Assembly: GCA_038844785.1 (NCBI GenBank)
Contig: JAWBRA010000025.1
Span: 1-24,842 of the forward strand
Reading direction: 5' to 3'
Length of the DNA stretch: 24,842 nt
From: Candidatus Caldarchaeum sp.
Lineage (GTDB): Archaea; Thermoproteota; Nitrososphaeria_A; Caldarchaeales; Caldarchaeaceae
Position numbers and translations under genes: made by a program. The notes below the pieces were generated by a model that had not been told where the DNA came from, ran no database searches, and saw only the letters and a list, made by a program, of their open reading frames with translations. Every line of letters begins with the position of its first letter. Within the stretch, counting starts at the first letter, position 1. Of this stretch, positions 7,461-15,700 are shown one piece after another.

Positions 7461-8383
7461 AACCGGTGCAAAGGCTTGACGAGCTTGTTGGAAGAGAGCT
7501 GATAAGCCCGGGCCACAGCGCTTGCGCGGGATGCGGCGCCATGATAGCTGTCCGCCAGATACTTCTCGCCGCACCCACGCCTCTCATAGTAGTCAACGCC
7601 ACAGGATGTGTGGAAGTGGTTACTACACAGATACCTTACACTGCTTGGAACACCCCATACATACACGTAGCCTTTGAGAACGCTGCAGCTGTTGCGTCTG
7701 GCGTTGAAGCAGCGTTAGACATCCTCGAGAGCAAGGGTCTTGGGCGGAGGCATAACATCCTCGTCATAGCAGGCGATGGCGGAACAGCTGACATAGGGCT
7801 TCAAGCCCTGTCGGGAGCTTTTGAAAGAGGCCACCGTTTCCTCTACGTGTGCTACGATAACGAGGCTTACATGAACACTGGGATTCAGCGGAGTTCACTC
7901 ACCCCGCTCGGTGCTTGGTCGAGGACGACGCCTAAGGGAAAGCTCGAGGAGAAGAAAGACCTCGTAGCAATCGCGGTAGCACACAACATCCCCTACGCAG
8001 CCACCGCCACAATATTCTTCTGGAAAGACCTTGTGAACAAGGTCAGGAAGGCTTTCACCTTCAACGGCCCCTCGTTCATCCACGTCTACGCACCCTGCAA
8101 CAGAGGCTGGTACTTCAACCCTGAAGAAACAATCAAGCTCTCGAAGCTGGCTGTCGAGACGAGATACTTTCCTTTGTACGAGGTTGTAGAAGGCGTCTAC
8201 AGGATAAACTATTTCGTCGCAAACCCGAAGCCTCTCGAAGAGTTTCTAAGACCGCAGGGAAGGTTCCAGCATCTCCTCAAGCCTGAGAACCAGCATCTCC
8301 TCCAAATGCTCAAAGAACACGTCAACAAAAGATGGGAGGCTCTCGTGCGTCTGTCGCAGGTTTCGGCGAAGCCTAAAGCCTAG
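7457..8383 (+). CDS. porB: Pyruvate/2-oxoacid:ferredoxin oxidoreductase beta subunit (TPP)
   Basis: GHSACAGCG, NATGC, GDGGTADIG, YDNEAYMNTGIQRS, APC. Confidence 0.95.
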   Translation: MKPVQRLDELVGRELISPGHSACAGCGAMIAVRQILLAAPTPLIVVNATGCVEVVTTQIPYTAWNTPYIHVAFENAAAVASGVEAALDILESKGLGRRHNILVIAGDGGTADIGLQALSGAFERGHRFLYVCYDNEAYMNTGIQRSSLTPLGAWSRTTPKGKLEEKKDLVAIAVAHNIPYAATATIFFWKDLVNKVRKAFTFNGPSFIHVYAPCNRGWYFNPEETIKLSKLAVETRYFPLYEVVEGVYRINYFVANPKPLEEFLRPQGRFQHLLKPENQHLLQMLKEHVNKRWEALVRLSQVSAKPKA

Positions 8384-8718
8384 TCTGCGGCCATCGTGCT
8401 CTCGACGTTAAACTCCACATCTGTCTGCGAAACGCCAGCGTGAACCCTGTGGCCAACATGATACACTAGCTCATCCCTGTACATGTATTCTCTGCAGTTT
8501 TCACACCAGTAAAACTCCACCCCGGGAATTCCAGTCACGCTGAACTCGGCCAGCCCAAAGAATTCGCAGGGTGTTTCATCGCCGAACCTGACCCTGTCAT
8601 AGTTTAGGCTGGCGGGGTTTGAGCATGTCCCAACACTCCTAAGTAATGGGTAGGGGAGGAAGTGTATACAGTCGCGGCATTGGAAGCTTTTTCCAGCCAC
8701 GGTTCTATAAATGTTCAC
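8380..8718 (-). CDS. Small Cys/His-rich putative metal-binding protein
   Basis: CRDC..F...GTC...PCEFF and CENC...H..H clusters. Its stop overlaps the porB stop (CTAG). Confidence 0.7.
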   Translation of the reverse strand: MNIYRTVAGKSFQCRDCIHFLPYPLLRSVGTCSNPASLNYDRVRFGDETPCEFFGLAEFSVTGIPGVEFYWCENCREYMYRDELVYHVGHRVHAGVSQTDVEFNVESTMAAD

Positions 8719-8734
8719 GCCGGCTATAATTCTA

Positions 8735-9835
8735 TCAGTTTGTTAGATTATTTCCAATATTGTTCCTAGTCCTAAATTCGAAGGACGGCAAACCCATCCT
8801 TATGCCGCACAGCTCGTCCAGCTTCCTCAAAAGACCTACCAGCCTCTCGTCTTTCATCAACATCTCCACGCTTCTCACAAGCCTGAACGTTGTGAGAAGC
8901 TTTCGCAGCAGCCTCGGCCCAAAAGGCGTAAGCCTGAGCGACTTGTAGAGAAAGGCTTTCTCCTCGCTGGTTAACTCTCTGCCGTAGTTCTCCTTGAAGT
9001 AAGTCTCCATTTCGACGAGGAGATGCTGCAGACATTTCTCCTCGCTGCTGTAGCCGTAGAAACAGTTGCGGCAGTTGGGTGAGAAAACCTCCCTCATAGG
9101 TCCTTGCAGGCTTCTCCTGCTGTAGCTCACCCTCACTATCTGGTTGGCTTTCTTAAGCCTCTGAACTATTTTGTAAACCGCTCCTATGCTCAGCCCGTAG
9201 GACCTTACCTTCAGGAATATGTCTTCGACGGAGGCGTATGTTTCGGCGCAGAGAGACGCCATAACCAGCTCCTCGCTCCAGGTAGGTATGTTCCTTACCA
9301 AGTGTTCTAAGGCTTCTGAGAAATGCTTCCGCCCAGCCTTCAGCGTCTCGGAGTCCACCAGCTTTTCACCGTTCAAAAGCCTGGCTAAAACCTCTCTACA
9401 TTTAGCCGGGTCCAAGCCGCTTAACTCCGCAACCATGCTGAGCGGTGTGTTCCCCCATCCTTTCGCATGCGCTACGTACAAAGCAGACCAGACAATACGA
9501 ACCTCTTCATCCTTCCAGCTCCTCCTGACAAGCCATAGGAAGTTTCGAAAGGCTTTGAAGCACTCGCTTCTCTGGATAAGGTATGATGGGGGAGCTGTTT
9601 TATGCTTCTTCAGCCCCAGCATCTGTACGAGGTTATCAAGAACAAGCTCTGCTTCAGAACGTTCGGGCAGCAGGAGAAGCTTTTCATCAAACTCTTCAAC
9701 TCTGTAAAGAGGTGATTGGATAAATTTGTCCTCACTCCACGCCGACGGCGGGGAGGACGTCAGAAGAGCCATCAGCAAGTCAGCTTGGGCGGTGCTGACC
9801 ACGTTAATATGTAGTCTTGGCTCGGATTTATGCAT
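8735..9835 (-). CDS. Putative tandem winged-HTH regulator with a CxxC-x9-C motif
   Basis: HTH-like TPLSMVAELSGLDPAKCREVLARL and SVEDI...GLSIGAVYKIVQRLKKANQIVRV, followed by CRNCFYGYSSEEKC. Divergent from the kor-hdr operon. Start moved to ATG 9835; function is inferred. Confidence 0.6.
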   Translation of the reverse strand: MHKSEPRLHINVVSTAQADLLMALLTSSPPSAWSEDKFIQSPLYRVEEFDEKLLLLPERSEAELVLDNLVQMLGLKKHKTAPPSYLIQRSECFKAFRNFLWLVRRSWKDEEVRIVWSALYVAHAKGWGNTPLSMVAELSGLDPAKCREVLARLLNGEKLVDSETLKAGRKHFSEALEHLVRNIPTWSEELVMASLCAETYASVEDIFLKVRSYGLSIGAVYKIVQRLKKANQIVRVSYSRRSLQGPMREVFSPNCRNCFYGYSSEEKCLQHLLVEMETYFKENYGRELTSEEKAFLYKSLRLTPFGPRLLRKLLTTFRLVRSVEMLMKDERLVGLLRKLDELCGIRMGLPSFEFRTRNNIGNNLTN

Positions 9836-9920
9836 TTTTGGACCTGGTACAATATTTAACACGGTATAATAAACACCCAACCATTAACCGTTTTGAGGAG
9901 CTGTGGGAGGTTTTCAAGCC
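9836..9920. promoter_or_regulatory. Divergent promoter region
   Basis: AT-rich gap with ATATTTAA and TATAATAAA elements between head-to-head genes; SD GGGAGG at 9905-9910. Confidence 0.5.
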
Positions 9921-10184
9921 TTGAAGATTTTACGCGAGCCGATAAACCTTGCACAGTTCCGCAGACCTTTGGGACAGGTTTACATCATCCCCGAGAGATG
10001 TAAGGAATGTAGTTTCTGCTGGACTTTCTGCCCCATGGATGTTTTGATGAGGTCTGACGAGTTCAACTCCAACGGCTACAGGTATCCCAAGGTCAAGCCG
10101 GGGAAAGAAAACGACTGCGTAAACTGTAAGATGTGCAGCCTGATCTGCCCCGAGCTCGCAATCTACACCGTTGAGGTGAGCTGA
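9921..10184 (+). CDS. korD: 2-oxoacid:ferredoxin oxidoreductase delta subunit/ferredoxin
   Basis: CKECSFCWTFCP, FNSNGYRYP, CVNCKMCSLICPELAI. Start TTG 9921 (GTG 9903 is an alternative). Confidence 0.85.
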   Translation: MKILREPINLAQFRRPLGQVYIIPERCKECSFCWTFCPMDVLMRSDEFNSNGYRYPKVKPGKENDCVNCKMCSLICPELAIYTVEVS

Positions 10185-10188
10185 AGAG

Positions 10189-11334
10189 ATGAGCAACGGG
10201 TTGCCTAAGCCAGGCATCCACTTCATGATGGGAAACTTTGCATGCGTCGAAGCCGCCATACTTGCGGGATGCAGGTTCTTCGCCGGATACCCCATCACAC
10301 CCTCCAGCGAGATATTCGAGAGAGCCTGCGTTAGGTTTCCGCAGGTAGGCGGCATAGCGGTTGAGATGGAGGATGAGATGGGGAGCGTAGCCGCTTTAGT
10401 AGGTGCTTCCTACGCGGGCGCTAAGGCGATGACAGCAACCTCAGGGCCTGGGTTTAGCTTGATGATGGAGAACATAGGCCTGGCTTTCATCATGGAGGCT
10501 CCCATAGTCATAGTAAATGTCCAGAGAGCGGGGCCGAGCACGGGAATCCCCACCTTGGTCGGGCAGGGTGACATGATGCAGGCTAAGTGGGGTTCCCACG
10601 GCGACGTCGAGATGGTTGCATACTGTCCCAGCAGCGTCCAAGAGTTCTTCGACCTAACAATCAAAGCATTCAACACAGCAGAACGTTTACGCACACCCGT
10701 CATCGTGCTAGCCGACCAGGTTATTGGGCTGATGTGGGAGAAGCTGAGAATCCCCCACCCCGAGGAGGTTGAGGTTGTAGAGAGAAAAGTAATGGACAAA
10801 TCATATCTCTCCAACAAGCTTCCGTTCGACTATTCTGAGGATGTAAACCCGATGCCGTTGGCTGGGACGGGATGCAGGGTCAACATCGACAGCCTCACCC
10901 ACGACGAGAGAGGCTACCCCACGACAAGCCACGACGCCTCCGACAAAATGATAAGATATCTTCTCAACAAGATTCGTAACCATGCGCGTGAGCTTTGGCT
11001 TTACAAAGAGTTCATGACAGACGACGCGGAGGTCGTGGTGGTTGCTTACGGGTCTGTGGCGAGGTCTGCTCTAAACGCCGTCAAGCAAGCCCGCTCACGC
11101 GGGATAAGGGCTGGGTTTCTCCAGCTCATCACGGCATGGCCCTTCCCAACAGACGTAATCGAGAAAATCAGCCAACGAGCCCACACGCTTGTAGTTCCCG
11201 AGATAAACTTCGGCCAGCTCGTACATCCAATCAAGGAGTATGCAAAATGTCCTGTAATCGAGGTTAACTGGGCGCCCGGCTCCCTCATAGAGCCCAGCGT
11301 AATCCTTGATGCTGTGGAGGTGGCTGCGGCGTGA
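10189..11334 (+). CDS. korA: 2-oxoglutarate-type 2-oxoacid:ferredoxin oxidoreductase alpha subunit
   Basis: FFAGYPITPSSE, MEDEMGS, TATSGPGFSLM, VQRAGPSTGIPT, WGSHGD. Confidence 0.93.
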   Translation: MSNGLPKPGIHFMMGNFACVEAAILAGCRFFAGYPITPSSEIFERACVRFPQVGGIAVEMEDEMGSVAALVGASYAGAKAMTATSGPGFSLMMENIGLAFIMEAPIVIVNVQRAGPSTGIPTLVGQGDMMQAKWGSHGDVEMVAYCPSSVQEFFDLTIKAFNTAERLRTPVIVLADQVIGLMWEKLRIPHPEEVEVVERKVMDKSYLSNKLPFDYSEDVNPMPLAGTGCRVNIDSLTHDERGYPTTSHDASDKMIRYLLNKIRNHARELWLYKEFMTDDAEVVVVAYGSVARSALNAVKQARSRGIRAGFLQLITAWPFPTDVIEKISQRAHTLVVPEINFGQLVHPIKEYAKCPVIEVNWAPGSLIEPSVILDAVEVAAA

Positions 11335-12185
11335 CGCAGGTTATAACTGTTCAGAGGCATCCGCGGGACAGGCTTCTCAGGTATGAGAGGCTTCCCCACA
11401 TCTGGTGTCCCGGCTGCGGGATAGGCATAGTCATGGCGGCTTACGCGGAGGCGATCGAGGCTTCGGGAATTCCGCCCGAGAAACATGTCTGCATCTCCGG
11501 GATAGGGTGTACAGGGCGTGTTGCTGGCTACATGAACCTCGACTCATACCATACAACGCACGGGAGGCCCATTGCGTTCGCCACAGGCCTTTCCCTCGTC
11601 AAGCCCGACTTGGAGGTGACCGTCATCTCGGGCGACGGCGACATCTGCACCATAGGCGGAAACCATCTCATTCACGCGGCACGGAGAAACGTGGACATCA
11701 ACGTGATAATGGTGAACAACTTCAACTATGGGATGACGGGTGGCCAGCACGGCGGAACAACCCCGCTCGGAGCAAAGACATACACAACACCCTACGGAAA
11801 CATCGAAACACCTTTCAACATCCCATATCTTCTAGCCGCCGCAGGCGCCTCGTTCGTCGCCAGATGGACAACACTCCACGTAAGACAGCTAATCAACGCG
11901 ATCAAACACATGATGACTGTCGAAGGCTTCGCATTCATAGAGGTTATATCCCCGTGCCCGCCAACTTTCGGAGAGTTCAACAAATTCCCCGAAGCGGTCG
12001 ACATGATGGAATACTTTAGGAAACACTGTGTGATAGACCACAACGCCGACCTCAGCAAAATAGGCATAGAGTTGAAGGGTGAGCCGCTGGTTGTGGGGAA
12101 CTTCGTAGACAGGAGAAGGCCGAGCTATCAAGAGCTTGTCCAGCAGCTCATAAGCAGAGCCATGGAAGGAGGTGGGGAAGTTTGA
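11331..12185 (+). CDS. korB: 2-oxoglutarate-type oxidoreductase beta subunit
   Basis: HIWCPGCG, SGIGC, HTTHGR, GDGD...IGGNH, YGMTGGQ, SPCP. Confidence 0.93.
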   Translation: MTQVITVQRHPRDRLLRYERLPHIWCPGCGIGIVMAAYAEAIEASGIPPEKHVCISGIGCTGRVAGYMNLDSYHTTHGRPIAFATGLSLVKPDLEVTVISGDGDICTIGGNHLIHAARRNVDINVIMVNNFNYGMTGGQHGGTTPLGAKTYTTPYGNIETPFNIPYLLAAAGASFVARWTTLHVRQLINAIKHMMTVEGFAFIEVISPCPPTFGEFNKFPEAVDMMEYFRKHCVIDHNADLSKIGIELKGEPLVVGNFVDRRRPSYQELVQQLISRAMEGGGEV

Positions 12186-12736
12186 GGTATGAGGTTAGGA
12201 TAACTGGTCTCGGCGGGCAGGGTGCGATAACCGCTGGACACATCCTCGGAAGAGCTGCCGTGATATACGACGGCAGAGAAGCCGTCGTCACAGAAGGATA
12301 CAGCCCATACATAACAGGCGGCTGGTCGAGGGCGGATGTGATAATCTCCGACGAGCCGATAGACTACCCGCTAATGACGAAACTCGACGTCTTAGCCACC
12401 ATGTACGATGATGGGTTTGTCCAGAACATCAAGTATGTCAAACGCAACGGAATCGTGGTCACGGAGAAAGAGCTCGTCAAACACACATTCCACAGAGATG
12501 TTCGAATAATACCTATTCCTGCGATACAGGTGGCCGACAGCTTGGGCAGGAGAGTTGTCATGAACATCGTGATTCTCGGCGCTGTTGTGGCTGCTCTTGG
12601 AGGAGTGCCGTCGCTCGAGTCTGTTGCGAAGGCTTTGGCTGACCGTTTCCCCAAAGCCGCTGAGCTCAACCGCAAAGCCCTCCACGAAGGCTACAGCATA
12701 GCCTGCGAGCATTTGACGGCTAAGGAGGTGGTGTGA
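12182..12736 (+). CDS. korC: 2-oxoglutarate-type oxidoreductase gamma subunit
   Basis: EVRITGLGGQG, GGWSRADVIISDEPIDYP, NIVILGA. Confidence 0.9.
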   Translation: MRYEVRITGLGGQGAITAGHILGRAAVIYDGREAVVTEGYSPYITGGWSRADVIISDEPIDYPLMTKLDVLATMYDDGFVQNIKYVKRNGIVVTEKELVKHTFHRDVRIIPIPAIQVADSLGRRVVMNIVILGAVVAALGGVPSLESVAKALADRFPKAAELNRKALHEGYSIACEHLTAKEVV

Positions 12737-15700
12737 AAATGGCTGACGCGGTTCTCGTGATCGGCGGCGGCATAGCCGGGGTTCAGGCATCGCTCGACCT
12801 CGCCAAAGCCGGTGCGAAAGTCTACCTCGTGGAGAAAAGCCCCGTGATAGGCGGGAGGATGGCTGCTCTCGACAAAAACTTCCCCACGATGGACTGCTCC
12901 ATCTGTATGCCTGGAGACACCGATATAATACTCGGCGACGGCTCAATAGTTCCTATTCGGGACCTAGTTGAGAGGTTCGAGCATGGAGATTTCAACCCCC
13001 ATCCACCTGAAACATTTTCTTTTGACGGAAACACGGTTAGTTTACGTCCTATAGTGGCTGGACAAAAGCTACCCTACTCCTACAACCTCATCGAGATAAC
13101 TACTGCGACAGGAGGTAGGCTTCGCTTTACTCCCGACCATAAGATACTTGTCGACGATGAAAATGGCCCGGCTTGGAGAGAAGCCAGTAAACTTAGGGTC
13201 GGTGACATGCTCTATGCCCCGCGGAAGCTTGGCCCCAAAAAATCGCAGCCTCGCTACGTAATAGACCTTTTACCAAAAGAGTTCATTGTAGTTGACGACG
13301 ACATCAACAATCGCGTCAGGAAAGAACTTAAGAAGAAATTCGGAAGCCTCACTAAAGCGGCGGTGAAACTCAGTTTAAAGCGCGGCCATCTAGACAGTAG
13401 ACGTGGGCTCTCAATAAGCGAGCTAGAAAGAGTAGCCGAAGCCCTTGGCTTTAGCTGGGAAAATCTTAAGGTAAGGGTCAAAAGCATCACGTATCAGGGG
13501 GCCCACGGACCGGTTAGGCTACGCAAAACACGCATTGATGAAGACATGGCTTACCTACTGGGTCTCTTGGCGGCAGACGGCAGCTTATCCAGAAAAGAGA
13601 TAAAGTTCTATAACACGAACAAGAGTTTGATCAGGATATACGTAAAGATTTATCGCAGGCTCTTCCCAGGGAAGCGGTGTTGGATAAATGTCCAGACAGG
13701 AGGGGGGAAGAGATGGAAGAAAAGGATGGCTGTGAGATGCAAGAATAGAGTTTTGCTCAGCATTGCGCAGAAGCTTGACATAGGAGGCGGTCTTAAACCT
13801 CTCTTCCCGCTTGATGAGAAAATTGTGAGCAGCTTCCTAAGAGGATACTTTGATGGGGATGGGACGGTAAAGATAACTAGGTGGAGAGGCTGGTCGTCCT
13901 TCAAGATCACCTTCAACTTAGGTAAAGACCGTTATGAACATGCAAAGGGCTTACAGCTTCTCCTTAAGAGACTGGGCATCATCAGCAAACTTTACACGTA
14001 TGAGGACAGGGTTCTGCTGGATATATCAGAAAGGGAGGATGTGGCGAGGTTCTCATCTATAGTACGCTCGAATCATCCTTTTAAGCGGCGTAGGCTGCTG
14101 GAGGCGAATAAGGCCTCTAAGCTTCCAAGGAAAATGGGAGGCCTCTTTGAGCAGCTCCCGCTGGAGTGCGGGCGGCTGATCCGGTTTTTGATGGATAGGT
14201 ACAGAATACCCCTTAAAAGGCTCCCTTTGAGTCGCTCAAATCTTCTACGAGTAACGAGACAGGAATGCAGAATAACTAGGGTTAACCTTCGTCGTGTAAT
14301 AAATGTCCTGAGACGCTATGTTAGACCTGATGACAAGGATTTCATAAAGCTTAACCAACTATGTAATTCTAGCTTCTTCCTAGACCAGGTAAAGGAAGTA
14401 AAGGTCGTTCCCTCAAAGGAGGATTATGTATATGATATAACGGTTGATGGTGTCCATAACTTCATTCCGGAAGGCATTTTCACCGTAAGTAACTGTATAG
14501 AGGCGCCGAAGCTGAGCGAGGTCATGCAGAGCAGGAACATCAAGGTCCTGACGTTGAGCGATGTTGTAGAGGTTAGCGGAGGTCCTGGAAACTTCCGAGT
14601 CAAGGTTCGTCAGAGACCTCGTTACGTCACAGACGAGTGTACCAGATGCGGGGACTGTGTGCCCGCATGTCCTGTCATATTGAAGAACGAGTTTGACGTG
14701 GGCATGGGTGCGAGGAAAGCCATCTACCTACCGTTCGACCAAGCAGAGCCGGGAGCATACGTCATAGACATTGAAAACTGTTTGAACAAGCCTCCCAACT
14801 ACCTTCCATGCAACAGATGTGTTGAGGCATGCGGGCCTAAATGCATAGACTTTGAGATGAAGGAAAAAACCCACGAGCTTGAGGTTGGAGCCATCATAGT
14901 TGCAGCCGGCTCAGACCTGTTCGACGCCTCCCTCATCCCCGAGTTCAGCTACGGCAGACATCCAGACATTCTGACCGCGATGGAGCTGGAGAGGCTGCTG
15001 CAGTCGAGCGGGCCCTCGAGAGGCGAGGTGATAAAGCCCAGCGACCACCAACATCCAGAAAAAGTCGCCTTCATCCTCTGCGTGGGAGCACGTGACAAAA
15101 GGTTCTACAGCTTCTGCAGCAGGGTCTGCTGCATGTACAGCATCAAAGAAGCCCTGCAGCTGGTTGACCATGGAATCAAAAACGTCACCGTCTTCTACAT
15201 GGACATAAGAGCTTACGGGAAAGGCTTTGACGAGATGTTTGAGAGGGCGAGAAACAGCGGCGTCAGGTTTGTGCGAAGCAGGCCGGGAAGGATAATCCCC
15301 AACGGCCACGGCATAGATGTCTTCTACGAGGACACTACGTCAGGAGAGCTGAGACGTGAAACGTTTGACATGGTTGTTCTCTCAACAGCCCTCACACCTT
15401 CGGAGGAGCTGAGAAAGCTGGCTGACACGCTGGGGATAGAGGTTGGAGAAGACGGTTTCATAAAGTCCTACGAGGTTGACGGCGACTTCGTCGGAACTTC
15501 GAGGGAGGGCATATACGTATGCGGCTGTGCAAGCGGCCCCAAAGACATCCCCGACAGCGTCACCGAGGCAGGGGCTGCAGCCGCAAAAGCGCTCACACAT
15601 CTCACCGCGAAAAGCCTCGAGCCTGAAGTCTACGAGGAAACGATAGACCCTTCAGGAGAGCCGAGAGTAGGTGTTTTCATCTGCCACTGCGGCTCCAACA

